This document shows, in pieces, positions 1-9,685 of a DNA stretch of 64,000 bases (position 1 is the stretch's first letter; every line of letters starts with the position of its first letter). The position numbers were made by a program, and so were the translations under genes. The stretch lies in the IMG/VR virus record IMGVR_UViG_3300035670_000079, positions 1-64,000 of that record; one strand, written 5' to 3'. Below the pieces are notes generated by a model. The model made no database searches. It was not told where the DNA came from and worked only from the letters and a program-made list of their open reading frames with translations. This DNA comes from a virus.

Positions 1-126
1 TAGTGAATCCGGCGAGTCTAGTGAATCCGGCGAGTCTAGTGAATCCGGCGAGTCTAGTGAATCCGGCGAGTCTAGTGAATCCGGCGAGTCTAGTGAATCC
101 GGCGAGTCTAGTGAATCCGGCGAGTC
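1..126 (+). repeat. 18-bp tandem repeat x7 (tagtgaatccggcgagtc), in-frame coding repeat
   Basis: Seven identical head-to-tail 18-mers start at the window edge. In frame 2 they encode (SESGES)n and continue into the vWA ORF. Confidence 0.95.
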
Positions 127-1402
127 TGATGATTACAAGGAGGAGAAAGGCTCTAAGGGTAAATCTAAAAATTCCAGTAAATCAGAAAATGGCTCGGATT
201 CTAGCAATAACTCCAAGTCAGGGTCTGAGGACTCCGGTAAGCCTAAGGACTCCGGTAAGCCTGAGAAGGATTCTGGTGATACTGCTAACGGTAGTGAGGC
301 CGACAGTCCAAAGAAATCGCCTAAGAAAACGGCTTCGGCAACTGCTGGTAAGAAACCGCGTGATCCGGAGGTGCCTAAGAAACTGCTACAGGCACTAGAA
401 AAGATGTTACAGAATGGTGTAATACCGGATAGATCAAGATTAGACATAAATAGTACTCTAGGTAAGACTATGGTACAGGTTCTCACGGATTCCTATACGC
501 ACACCACTGAGGATGATGACGGCTTCCTGTCTAAGCCTACGGTTAATAACCTAGTATTTGGTTATACCAATAACGGTGATGTTGAGACGCCTCCTGTTAT
601 GGTTGTGCGTGAGCCTATTACCGGACACACGTCCAAGACTTATGCTGCTGCTAGTGCCGCTATGGCAAATAGTGTAGCCGCTTTGCGGAGTATCTTTTCG
701 ATACGTCGCAATAGTTTGAAAACTACTCAGCATAACCTTAAAACTGGTTTTATAGATAGACGGTCACTGCATAAGGCTCCGTTCGATCCACACATTTTTA
801 AGATGTCCTCTACTAAAATGGCTGAGGGTATTGATATTGCCTTACTTATTGATGAATCTGGTTCCACCTCCGGTAGTGTTAGCAGAACGCTTCGAGAGAT
901 TTGTGTACTGTTTGCAAATGCTCTTAGCGGTGTGCCTAAAGTGCGTCTGCGTGTTTATGGTCACTCAACATCGCTCAGCGGTAGAGAAGCTATGGCCATG
1001 TTTGAGTACTATGATTCTAAGAATCCTAAACTTCGTAATTTGACACGACTAGGCAATACTGGTAGTCGCGGTAGTAATTACGATGGCTTTGCTATCCAGT
1101 GGGTTGCTGATAAGTTTGCAGATAGCAATTACGAGTCAAAGTGGCTCTTAGTAATGTCTGACGGTGCTCCTAATGGTGGTCACGGCTATTATGATCTTAG
1201 TGCTATTCGTCACACATCTGGATCAGTGCAGTATGTAGAGAAGAAGGGCATAAATGTAGTGGGAATTGGTGTAGCGGCCAGAGTACCGCTGCACAAGCTG
1301 TATACGCACTACATTGATTACTCGGATAAGTTGTTGGATGATGTTAGAAAACTGATTATCAAGATCATAAAGGATTCTGAAAGTCGTCTTAGGGAACTGT
1401 GA
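2..1402 (+). CDS. vWA-domain protein (5' partial) with acidic Ser/Glu/Lys-rich N-terminal repeat region
   Basis: Frame 2 is open from the window edge and is the same frame as track ORF 371..1402. MIDAS-like DIALLIDESGSTSG and LLVMSDGAPNG motifs are present. Confidence 0.8.
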   Translation, partial: SESGESSESGESSESGESSESGESSESGESSESGESSESGESDDYKEEKGSKGKSKNSSKSENGSDSSNNSKSGSEDSGKPKDSGKPEKDSGDTANGSEADSPKKSPKKTASATAGKKPRDPEVPKKLLQALEKMLQNGVIPDRSRLDINSTLGKTMVQVLTDSYTHTTEDDDGFLSKPTVNNLVFGYTNNGDVETPPVMVVREPITGHTSKTYAAASAAMANSVAALRSIFSIRRNSLKTTQHNLKTGFIDRRSLHKAPFDPHIFKMSSTKMAEGIDIALLIDESGSTSGSVSRTLREICVLFANALSGVPKVRLRVYGHSTSLSGREAMAMFEYYDSKNPKLRNLTRLGNTGSRGSNYDGFAIQWVADKFADSNYESKWLLVMSDGAPNGGHGYYDLSAIRHTSGSVQYVEKKGINVVGIGVAARVPLHKLYTHYIDYSDKLLDDVRKLIIKIIKDSESRLREL

Positions 1403-1404
1403 GT

Positions 1405-1872
1405 ATGCCTAAGCGTAGCCGTAAGACTCGGAAACCGTTGCATACTGTGTGCTTCCCGGTTTCCGAGTCTGATTATTGGGTGTATCTAGCCTTAAAGCAG
1501 CGTCAATTGCAGCTAGAGGCTGTTACGGGTATACCTCTGCCTCTATCGGAATTGGTGTTAGCTCTGTTGAAGGATGTTCTTAAGGATAATTACAAGCCCG
1601 ATATTGCTGCCGATATAGCTAAAGTTGCAGAAAATTCCACTAGATACGCTGGTGCGTCTGGAGTAGTTCACGTTAAACTTAGCGGCGAGACGGCTTGGTT
1701 GAACGATTTAGTAGTTGCGGCGGCTAATTCGGCGTATGTTGCGGGTAGTTCTAATGTGACACCTTCGGATATGCTCAGGGCGTTAGCTATGGCGGCGGTA
1801 TTTCAGAATACCGGAATGGTTGACAGTATTCTCAGGTTAGCCAAACTAGGCGGCTACAAGGAGTCGAAGTAA
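1405..1872 (+). CDS. hypothetical protein
   Basis: Track ORF 1399..1872. ATG 1405 lies 8 nt after agggaa. The ORF abuts the upstream stop. Confidence 0.6.
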   Translation: MPKRSRKTRKPLHTVCFPVSESDYWVYLALKQRQLQLEAVTGIPLPLSELVLALLKDVLKDNYKPDIAADIAKVAENSTRYAGASGVVHVKLSGETAWLNDLVVAAANSAYVAGSSNVTPSDMLRALAMAAVFQNTGMVDSILRLAKLGGYKESK

Positions 1873-1875
1873 ATC

Positions 1876-2130
1876 ATGGTCATACCGCTAACAGCGCTCA
1901 ATGGGTTTAAAAATATTTTAAGTGAGTGTGGTATTGTGCAGTTGACATCGAATCTTAAGGCTAAGACTGGGCGATCTGCCTATATTGGTAAGTTCGGCGA
2001 TGAGTTGGTTATAGGTACTGTGGTGGATGATAAGATATCGTTCGTATTTCCGTCACAACGACTAGCTGAGGAGGTAGAGAGCCTCTGGCAGTTAGTACTA
2101 GAAAAGCTGGAGTCCGAAGGTGGCAATTGA
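1876..2130 (+). CDS. hypothetical protein
   Basis: Track ORF that tiles the + strand with no gap. Confidence 0.55.
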   Translation: MVIPLTALNGFKNILSECGIVQLTSNLKAKTGRSAYIGKFGDELVIGTVVDDKISFVFPSQRLAEEVESLWQLVLEKLESEGGN

Positions 2131-2605
2131 AGAAATTACACTTAGTGCAATGACTGAGGATGAGCTAGTAGCTACTGTCTACGAGATACTCACTCTTAAG
2201 GATAGGATAGACGAGTTGCAGACTAGGCAACGGGAGTTGCGGCAGCAGCTTGCTAATAAATTACTGCCAGCAGACAAGAATGCTATCGCTGTACCCTTTA
2301 CGATCAACAGTCTGCGAAAGAAGGTTGTTATCGAGGTTCCGCTTACTCCTAAGTATCATGACGTGGAAGTTAGCGCGGATGATGGCACTGTTAGGAAGTT
2401 AGATGCTATCGAGTACCTTATCAGCAAGTGTCCTAACTTAAGCAGTTGCTATTCCATTAAATACTCAGAGAAAACTGCCACGCTTAAGTCTAGGCTGCAA
2501 GTACTTGCAAGTACACCTGAGTATGCGGAAGCTATGGCTATACTGAAAGCTCATAGAACTGAAACTAAAGGTCTCCCGACTGTGGATGTGGTTGATGTCA
2601 AATAG
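2120..2605 (+). CDS. hypothetical protein (coiled-coil-like N-terminus)
   Basis: Track ORF. The start is uncertain: either GTG 2120 inside a CCGAAGGTG motif, or ATG 2150. Confidence 0.5.
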   Translation: MAIEEITLSAMTEDELVATVYEILTLKDRIDELQTRQRELRQQLANKLLPADKNAIAVPFTINSLRKKVVIEVPLTPKYHDVEVSADDGTVRKLDAIEYLISKCPNLSSCYSIKYSEKTATLKSRLQVLASTPEYAEAMAILKAHRTETKGLPTVDVVDVK

Positions 2606-2912
2606 GCGACCACCGGACGAGTTACCTAAGACAGTACCTAAAGAGGCTCCGACCCTAAATAGGGTTACAGCCGAAATAATTCATAAGCGAATCTCTGAAG
2701 CACGTAGGGGTATAACCTTAAATCAACTCATTGCCAGCTTTCAGTGGGATGGTATGACTAGGCTGGAGAAGAAGGATTTGAGATATTCCATCATACGTGT
2801 TGTGCAAGAATTGCAACGATCTGGTAAGGTTGACTCTTGTCTAACAATATCTAGTGATTCTGTGGGTAATAGCTACAAGGTTTCCGGAGGTGCCAGTGGC
2901 AAAAGTACGTAA
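2586..2912 (+). CDS. hypothetical protein
   Basis: Track ORF with ATG 2586. It overlaps the upstream stop. Confidence 0.5.
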   Translation: MWLMSNRRPPDELPKTVPKEAPTLNRVTAEIIHKRISEARRGITLNQLIASFQWDGMTRLEKKDLRYSIIRVVQELQRSGKVDSCLTISSDSVGNSYKVSGGASGKST

Positions 2913-3489
2913 GACTAAACAATTACAGATATTCAGATACGTGTGTGCGAATGGTTTATACTCTTATGACCCCTCTGGTAAGATATTGAATAATAAGGGA
3001 GTTGAACTTAAGCTAAGCATCTCTCCGTCACATACTTATCCTACGGTGTCGTTTTACGTAGGGGTTAGTTTTGCTCAGAGTATAGGCAGGGCCGGTGGTT
3101 CGATAGCTGTGTCTGCCCACAGGTTTGCAGCTTATTGCCTCTTCGGTGAGAGTGCTTTTATAGGTAATACTCAGATTAGACATCTTAACGGTAATGTTAT
3201 GGATATCTCCAAAGCTAATTTAAAGTTAGGGGATGCCTCTAGCAATATGCGGGATATTCCTGCACATATTCGATCCGCCGCAGCTAGAACTGCGAGGGCT
3301 GCTCAGCCTAAGCGACCATCTACGGCTAAACTTACAGATAATCAAGTTACACACATAAAGCGGATTTGTAAAAAGGCTAGTAACGGCGTACCGCTACACG
3401 GTGAGGTTGGACGTATTGCTAAGATGTATGGAGTTGCACCCGCTACAATCAGTGGCATTCTTGCCGGAAAGATTTACAGAAATGACTGA
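2896..3489 (+). CDS. free-standing HNH endonuclease with C-terminal HTH
   Basis: HNH-type motif AHRFAAYCLF...IRHLNGNVMDISKANLKLGDASSNMRD. The C-terminal segment GRIAKMYGVAPATISGIL looks like an HTH. GTG 2896 lies 5 nt after GGAGG; the track start is 2854. Confidence 0.75.
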   Translation: MAKVRKTKQLQIFRYVCANGLYSYDPSGKILNNKGVELKLSISPSHTYPTVSFYVGVSFAQSIGRAGGSIAVSAHRFAAYCLFGESAFIGNTQIRHLNGNVMDISKANLKLGDASSNMRDIPAHIRSAAARTARAAQPKRPSTAKLTDNQVTHIKRICKKASNGVPLHGEVGRIAKMYGVAPATISGILAGKIYRND

Positions 3490-3823
3490 CGCCGTGACAA
3501 CATTTGAAATTCCGCAGACAAGCTACAACAATCTTATCAAAGCGGTTGAGCGAGTTCAAACCGCTCTTTCCGAGGTTAGTGGCGCCGGCCTGCCGTTTCA
3601 GCTTACTTCTGGTGTTATTATGGATCTGACTAATATTGCTGCGAGAGTACAGAGTCTCGTAAATATGTCTACACCTGTTAAATCGGGTCGTGGCCGTAAG
3701 GCTGAGGGTGTTGATTTTGCGGAAACTCCCGTAGGTGTGGATGATCCGCGTACTCCTGAGGAGAAAGCTGCGGATGCTGCGGCCGGAATTAATCCCCTGA
3801 CTACAGGGGCAGGATTGACATAA
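3482..3823 (+). CDS. hypothetical protein
   Basis: Internal ATG 3482 of track ORF 3401..3823. It overlaps the upstream stop. Confidence 0.55.
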   Translation: MTDAVTTFEIPQTSYNNLIKAVERVQTALSEVSGAGLPFQLTSGVIMDLTNIAARVQSLVNMSTPVKSGRGRKAEGVDFAETPVGVDDPRTPEEKAADAAAGINPLTTGAGLT

Positions 3824-3841
3824 CTTACATCTAATGTTACA

Positions 3842-3875
3842 ATACCTCCGGATAACCTCCGGAGGTATTTTTTTG
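3842..3875 (+). terminator. rho-independent terminator
   Basis: Perfect 11-bp stem atacctccgga/tccggaggtat with a 5-nt loop, followed by T7. Confidence 0.85.
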
Positions 3876-3884
3876 GAGTTAGCA

Positions 3885-4217
3885 ATGGTTTACAAGTCTG
3901 TGATTGTACGTGTAACGCTTAGAACGCAGCCGGCAGTACTCTTTGAGTCAGAGTACCCGTTATTGCAGCGACTTGGTGAGTTGCAGCATAGCTTGCAGCC
4001 TATTGCAAGTACTTGCAACCTTGTCTGCGAGAATTGTTTAAGCCTAAGTGTCGGGAAATACGCTACTTTCACGGGATCGTGGGAGTTTCCTGTAAGTGAC
4101 TTACACGAACTAGAAGTGGCGTCGCTTGCTCTGTTATTTGCTGAGATATCTGATAAGGTTCTTGCAGAGTCTGACGTGATTAGTTACGAAGTTTTGAGAT
4201 TCTCCGCAAACGTCTAA
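3885..4217 (+). CDS. hypothetical protein
   Basis: ATG 3885 follows ggag just after the terminator. It is in frame with track ORF 3834..4217. Confidence 0.5.
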   Translation: MVYKSVIVRVTLRTQPAVLFESEYPLLQRLGELQHSLQPIASTCNLVCENCLSLSVGKYATFTGSWEFPVSDLHELEVASLALLFAEISDKVLAESDVISYEVLRFSANV

Positions 4218-4234
4218 AAGCATTGGATTTGGTT

Positions 4235-5263
4235 ATGGATGCGCTGTTTGTGCCCTACTTTGCATTGACTGGAAATATCACTAGGTTTAAAGCCTTCATT
4301 TCCACATGCGAAGCTATAACTAAGGAGATTCCAAATACTCCGTTGTATACTTATACGCTGGGTTTACGTGAGCACGAAATTGCTGCTTTACGGTCCACAG
4401 GTGCCCATGTGCTGGGTAATATAGCGTTAGAGCCAACTTCAGCTAGGGTATGGTACAAAGAGGCTTTAACTAATGCTGCAATGTCAGCTTTGCTGCGTGA
4501 TAAGATTGTTAACTATGAGTCTATGGTAGCTGTCATTGACGCGGATGCTTATCCCGTCGCTGGTTGGGGTGCTACTATAGAGGCGTATGATAAGTTGATC
4601 TCATGTGGACTTACTGCGTTTCAGGGTTTTGGTACTTGCACATATAACGGCAATTCTAGGATGTCGGCAACATTGAAACTGTTTGATATGTTGGCGGAGA
4701 TGCCTTTAACTTTGCCTAAAGGTACAGTATTTCAAGTGGCATCTGAAAATCCTCCCGGAGGTGTTGTAGTAGGAAGACCCGGAAGAGAGCTACAACAATT
4801 TGAGTTATGTTTTAGCGGCGGCGGCGATTCTGCATGGTTTTACCCGATAAGTAACGGGTATTTCGGGTATTTTATCGAGTCCTACATGGGTATGAGTAAT
4901 ATTTATGCCTACGATAGTTGTAGCGTTACTCACGCTCATGATACAATTAGGAATCTGTATCGAAGTTACTATAAGGTAATGGCGGAGAAGTTCTACGAGG
5001 GCTTGGTAGGGCGGTCTGCGGTTACTTTGCAATCACTGAATACGGCTAGGGAAGTTCTGTCTAAGGTGCATTTCAACTTCGCATCTACGCGGGCCGTTAA
5101 CCCTAGATACGAGTCTAGGGCGAAATTGTTGGCAAATATTGACTTAAGGTGGTTTAATTTTACTGAGTTTGGTGGCGATCTTACGCCGACTATTTCAGTC
5201 AAGGATGAGCAAAAGTATAATCCACATTTACTGGAACTTAGAGCTTATCTGGAGAATGTATGA
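4235..5263 (+). CDS. hypothetical protein
   Basis: Track ORF 4223..5263. The first ATG is at 4235. Confidence 0.6.
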   Translation: MDALFVPYFALTGNITRFKAFISTCEAITKEIPNTPLYTYTLGLREHEIAALRSTGAHVLGNIALEPTSARVWYKEALTNAAMSALLRDKIVNYESMVAVIDADAYPVAGWGATIEAYDKLISCGLTAFQGFGTCTYNGNSRMSATLKLFDMLAEMPLTLPKGTVFQVASENPPGGVVVGRPGRELQQFELCFSGGGDSAWFYPISNGYFGYFIESYMGMSNIYAYDSCSVTHAHDTIRNLYRSYYKVMAEKFYEGLVGRSAVTLQSLNTAREVLSKVHFNFASTRAVNPRYESRAKLLANIDLRWFNFTEFGGDLTPTISVKDEQKYNPHLLELRAYLENV

Positions 5264-6192
5264 CTGACTTTACTGGCGGTGTGTCTGGCATTTATGCAGT
5301 TACCACTGCGGCTACATTCTCTGACTTATGGATATTTGGGGCTACTCCGGCTATATTTAGTATTCCGGAGGTGCTAGATCAATTTGTAGACGTAGTAAAC
5401 TTAGATCCCAGAGCTAGGGAGGGTGACGTAATTAGAAGTATAGTGGCCTACGATGTCGGGGGAGGTGCTCCTCTTAGTAGGGTATTTTCATTAAATTATC
5501 ACCAAGATTCTGGCAAAGATGCCCTTAAGGTAGGCTTATTACAAATCATCGGCAGTAAATTGCTTGTTAGTATGGGTAACCTTTTCAGTCAGCCACATTT
5601 ACGTTCAAATGCTCAGAAAGCTAATACAATACTGACTGAGGTTGTAAAAGACCTAACTAACTTGAGTAGCGGAACTCCGCCAAGCTTTGAGCAAGGTCGT
5701 TCGGTTATTTTAAATGCCGGGCGACGTTTATACGAATATTGGGAGGTGACCGCGGATAAAGCGGGTTACAGCAATACTTTGCGTTTATGGAACGATGCCA
5801 TGCTTAATTCGTATTACGCTGCATCGACCAATTGGATGTTTGTAACTCCGGCATCGGTTGCTTATACGTTTAAGTGCCTACATGGTATTACTTCCAAGGA
5901 ATTGCCGCCGTTTGTCTTCGTGCCGGCTATACGTGCTGACTATTGTGCTGACATGTACGGGGCTAAATATTGTCCTGACATGTACGTAGATGAGGTAAAT
6001 TCGCCTGATATGGTCCTTGAGACCGTGGTTAATGTTCCAGCCAGCTATACTGGTAGTAGTATGTTGTGGGTGAACTTAGGTAGGTTTTTACATGATGTTG
6101 TATTAGGTGATTCTGCCGGTGTAGTTATGCGGGAGAGTCCCGCAAGAAAGGGATATTGCTGGCAAATAAGTTACCCGGAGGGTGCGGAATAA
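5260..6192 (+). CDS. hypothetical protein
   Basis: Track ORF with an ATGA start/stop overlap with the upstream gene. Confidence 0.6.
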   Translation: MTDFTGGVSGIYAVTTAATFSDLWIFGATPAIFSIPEVLDQFVDVVNLDPRAREGDVIRSIVAYDVGGGAPLSRVFSLNYHQDSGKDALKVGLLQIIGSKLLVSMGNLFSQPHLRSNAQKANTILTEVVKDLTNLSSGTPPSFEQGRSVILNAGRRLYEYWEVTADKAGYSNTLRLWNDAMLNSYYAASTNWMFVTPASVAYTFKCLHGITSKELPPFVFVPAIRADYCADMYGAKYCPDMYVDEVNSPDMVLETVVNVPASYTGSSMLWVNLGRFLHDVVLGDSAGVVMRESPARKGYCWQISYPEGAE

Positions 6193-7520
6193 TGGTTATG
6201 ACTATACCTATAACGTCACAAGAAGATTTGATACTCAAGACACTGCTTAATCACCGGTCACCTAGGGTAGCACCCAATATTTGGATTAAGGTTACATTTT
6301 GGCAACTGTTTGGGCCTCCGATACCCCTTAGGCATGATAACGCTATTAGTCTTGAGGTTATGCAGACATTGCCTAAAATTACCTCAACTCTTATATCTGA
6401 GTGGAATTCGCACTCTAGGCCTAACATGCCTGCATGTAATTTGGTAGGGGATGCCAGCTTATATTCGATTAGGTTTGACTTCCAGTATTCGAGAAACTGG
6501 GATAATACCGATTGCATTGGGGCTGACTATGGTAAGTGTGGCTCGTATTTCGTTGCGTACCATACTCCTCTTGTGCGGCCGATTGTGTCGGAATTGCGAA
6601 AATCTCTTAAGGAAACCTATACAGATGCAATGCAATTTTGTGAGCGTAACAATCTTGGGGAGAAGTTTAGAAAGGTTATTCGTAATTTGCTTGTATGCCC
6701 TGTTAACCTAGTGCGCTCCGTGATGTTAGGCAGCGAGTATTTTTCGGGAACGCCGGTTAGACCTGCTGGCATGACAGTTAATGTAGATGTGATATTGGAT
6801 AGTCGTGGTAGCATTCTAATGCCATTTGATGGTTTTTGTGACTTAATTATATCTAAGTTTAGAGTACTTCTACGCTGTGTTTATAATACAGCAGTAGTTG
6901 GAAACTCCGATTCTAGTTGGGATCATGATGTACGTAAGGTAGCAGCTCGCGGTGGTGTTATAGGCTTAGGACAGGCCATGCTTCCGGATGGCCGAGATAA
7001 CTCTCCAGATGTGGCCGATTTAGTCAGACATCCTGAAGATGCTGTAGCTTTAATGTCGGCCTTAAATATAGGTGACGATCCTACATACGAGGCTATCATG
7101 GCGGAGTCACGTTTAGGGTTATTTCCTATTAATGTGCCGTTTGGATATGCTGACAAGGCCGTTGTGTTTAACGGTCTTCGCACGGCTAGTCCTGACATAT
7201 TTGAGGGTAGTTGCCGAAAATACGACGAGTGGATGTTACCCGCTGATATTTGTCATCTCGCGTTTAAGCTAGTGAAACCACACTATCGGAAGATATTGTC
7301 GTGCTATCCTGCGGACTTTGATAAGATTCTTGCGTCAAATTCTGTAGAGTTGCCTAGGCTAGACTTAGGTAGTACGCATGCTGAGATAATTCTTAATAGC
7401 AGTGGTGGAAATATTCCGGCTGACTTAGATAGTTCTCTTAGGGGTAAGCTAAGAGATGAAGGTCTTCAAGCTCGGTTACAATTCATTCTTTCCGGAGGTG
7501 GCAGTGATGAGGTTTTTTAG
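6192..7520 (+). CDS. hypothetical protein
   Basis: ATG 6192 overlaps the upstream TAA (TAATG). It is in frame with track ORF 6156..7520. Confidence 0.6.
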   Translation: MVMTIPITSQEDLILKTLLNHRSPRVAPNIWIKVTFWQLFGPPIPLRHDNAISLEVMQTLPKITSTLISEWNSHSRPNMPACNLVGDASLYSIRFDFQYSRNWDNTDCIGADYGKCGSYFVAYHTPLVRPIVSELRKSLKETYTDAMQFCERNNLGEKFRKVIRNLLVCPVNLVRSVMLGSEYFSGTPVRPAGMTVNVDVILDSRGSILMPFDGFCDLIISKFRVLLRCVYNTAVVGNSDSSWDHDVRKVAARGGVIGLGQAMLPDGRDNSPDVADLVRHPEDAVALMSALNIGDDPTYEAIMAESRLGLFPINVPFGYADKAVVFNGLRTASPDIFEGSCRKYDEWMLPADICHLAFKLVKPHYRKILSCYPADFDKILASNSVELPRLDLGSTHAEIILNSSGGNIPADLDSSLRGKLRDEGLQARLQFILSGGGSDEVF

Positions 7521-8283
7521 AGTTCTGGTGTGTATGCTGCTGTTAAGCTCATACGCCTATAGCGCTGATCCTATGGCTGTCATTAGTGGCGTTAATTCTG
7601 ACAAGCCGCCGGCTGCGGGTGTTACTGGCAGACTGCTCGTGTTTAGTTCTGAGGCGTCCAGTGCGGATACCCTTTTGTGGCAATTTGATGCCATTGAGCG
7701 GGTGGCTGAAATTTATGTTTGTAATAGCGGTACTACTGCTATTGTCAACTTCGTTACTCCCGGTGAGCACACTTTTAGCTTGTTGGCAATGTCAGTTAAC
7801 GAGACTCCCGGACCTAATAGGCCTAAGATACTCACGCATAGCGTGAAGCATACAGTAAAGGTAGTAGGAGATAACAAGAAAGATACACCGATTACACCTA
7901 AGCCGGATGATCCCGTAGTAGACGTTCCGAAGGTGCCGGAAGAGCAGGATAAGCCGGGACCATTTAATGATAAGTTTGGATTCTACTCACACATTACGGC
8001 AGTGGCTAAAACGGTGGAGTTGGATAAGAAACTGGCTAAAGCTATGGGCTTGAGCTACATTGCTAGATCGCTTCGTAAGTATGATGATATTCAAAAACTG
8101 GTACTGGATCAGAAGGCCGAAAATCAAACAATTGTGGGTACAGACGCGGCTGGCTTGCAAGTCTTGCAAGCTGTGACTGCCAAGCTGATAGAATCGGCTA
8201 AAGCTGGTAAGATTGCCACGTTAGCGGATCATGGTCAGGTGTGGTTGGAGATAGGGAGCGCACTCAATGACTATTCTAAGTAA
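7507..8283 (+). CDS. secreted protein with signal peptide and Pro-rich linker
   Basis: ATG 7507 lies 8 nt after GGAGG. The N-terminus MRFFRVLVCMLLLSSYAYSA looks like a signal peptide. Confidence 0.65.
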   Translation: MRFFRVLVCMLLLSSYAYSADPMAVISGVNSDKPPAAGVTGRLLVFSSEASSADTLLWQFDAIERVAEIYVCNSGTTAIVNFVTPGEHTFSLLAMSVNETPGPNRPKILTHSVKHTVKVVGDNKKDTPITPKPDDPVVDVPKVPEEQDKPGPFNDKFGFYSHITAVAKTVELDKKLAKAMGLSYIARSLRKYDDIQKLVLDQKAENQTIVGTDAAGLQVLQAVTAKLIESAKAGKIATLADHGQVWLEIGSALNDYSK

Positions 8284-9127
8284 TATCTCCGATTTAAGCG
8301 ATGCTGCAATAGCTAGATTGTACCATTTGGGGTATATCGACAACGGTATAGAGTTGCAGGAAGTCTTAGATATTAGGAGTCTCCCCGAACTTCAAGATGC
8401 GATAGCACACTTTCAACAGGCTAACAATATAGTTGAGACAGGTACTGTAGATAGTGAGACACTAACAGCGCTGACAATTGCGCGATGCATGACGCCAGAT
8501 AGGGCGGGGTCGGTCTGCGCGTGGCCGGCAAATATGCCCAAAACGCCAGAAGGCAACCTATTGATTAAGACTACTCATAGGATTGAGAATCTTAACCCGC
8601 TTGCGGCGGAACTTGAGCGGAAGGCTTGGTTGCAAGCTCTTGCAAACTGGTCGCAAGTTTGTGGGATTGAGTTAGTTCTGCACACGTCATTCGCAGATAG
8701 TAATATTCATGCCGAGGTCAGTGTCCTTGACGCGGGGACACTGGCTTATAGTTATTTGCCGTGCAATGCTAAGCCGACTACAAAGTTGGAGCAGCGTTAC
8801 AATAGAGCCGTTAACTGGAACTATAATCTGTTAGTGCAGGTCATTACGCATGAAATTGGTCATGCAATAGGGCTAGATCACGGTCCTCGCGGTGCTCTCA
8901 TGCAACCTACGGCTAATGGAGATATTCTTACGCCGCAGGCTTGGGATATTACAGAGGTAGTCAAGAGGTATGGTCCCCGTAAGGGTTCTGTACCTAAACC
9001 TAATCCAACACCTACTCCCGAAGGTGGGAAAGTAGTAGGAAAACTTGTATTGGATCAAACTCTTAACAAAGGTGAGTATGCCATCACACTTCGCGACGGT
9101 AAGCTGGAGATAGACTATGCGCAGTAG
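8267..9127 (+). CDS. matrixin (MMP/M10A)-like zinc metalloprotease zymogen with PG-binding-like prodomain
   Basis: Prodomain AIAHFQQANNIVETGTVDSETLTAL, cysteine-switch-like ARCMTPD, catalytic HEIGHAIGLDH (HExxHxxGxxH), and Met-turn GALMQP. Confidence 0.8.
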   Translation: MTILSNISDLSDAAIARLYHLGYIDNGIELQEVLDIRSLPELQDAIAHFQQANNIVETGTVDSETLTALTIARCMTPDRAGSVCAWPANMPKTPEGNLLIKTTHRIENLNPLAAELERKAWLQALANWSQVCGIELVLHTSFADSNIHAEVSVLDAGTLAYSYLPCNAKPTTKLEQRYNRAVNWNYNLLVQVITHEIGHAIGLDHGPRGALMQPTANGDILTPQAWDITEVVKRYGPRKGSVPKPNPTPTPEGGKVVGKLVLDQTLNKGEYAITLRDGKLEIDYAQ

Positions 9128-9425
9128 GTCAGGGCAGTTAAGTGCAGGTAATGCTTTTATGGCCATAGCTGCCTTTGGCTTTACGCTGATAGCCTTTGCT
9201 GTGAGTGTGTCATATCATATAAACCGTTCTTGGAATAATCGTGGATTACATGAGTCAGAAGTAGTTAAACTGGAAGAGTTAGTCAGTAAGGATACTACAG
9301 GTCTAGTAAGATCGGATATAGCTTACGCTATGCGTGATGGACATATTACATACAAGGAATATGAGTTTATACAAGTAGAAGATATGCGGCGCAGATTGCA
9401 GAAACTCTCTGAGACACCGAAGTGA
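9117..9425 (+). CDS. small single-pass membrane protein (paralog 1 of 3)
   Basis: TM segment FMAIAAFGFTLIAFAVSVSY and a shared DGHITYKEYEFI motif. Confidence 0.55.
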   Translation: MRSRSGQLSAGNAFMAIAAFGFTLIAFAVSVSYHINRSWNNRGLHESEVVKLEELVSKDTTGLVRSDIAYAMRDGHITYKEYEFIQVEDMRRRLQKLSETPK

Positions 9426-9685
9426 TTGCCGGCAACACCGCAGTACAAGATCCAACATTTCTGATGCTACTGGTGTCGTTAATTTCAGCATTGTCCCTAG
9501 TAGGACTCATGATTGTACACGCCGTAGAGGAGAAAGGTTGCTACTTTAAGGCTGATTTTGTAGATGCTTTTGTGGCGTATACTAGGCTTGATAGGCACCA
9601 GTACCTTCAGAAGCTTCTGGAGTATGTTGACTCAGGCTATGTGACGAGTACGGAGTTTTTGATGATTTGGGGACAAGTATTATGA
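9422..9685 (+). CDS. small single-pass membrane protein (paralog 2 of 3)
   Basis: TM segment LMLLVSLISALSLVGLMIV and a shared SGYVTSTEFLMI motif. Confidence 0.5.
   Translation: MIAGNTAVQDPTFLMLLVSLISALSLVGLMIVHAVEEKGCYFKADFVDAFVAYTRLDRHQYLQKLLEYVDSGYVTSTEFLMIWGQVL

Noticed and set aside
3-486. Track ORFs 3..398 (+, NPASLV repeats) and 133..486 (-).
   Set aside because: They are alternative-frame or antisense readings of the 18-bp repeat and the lysine/serine-rich region. Frame 2 is continuous with the vWA ORF and gives a coherent protein.
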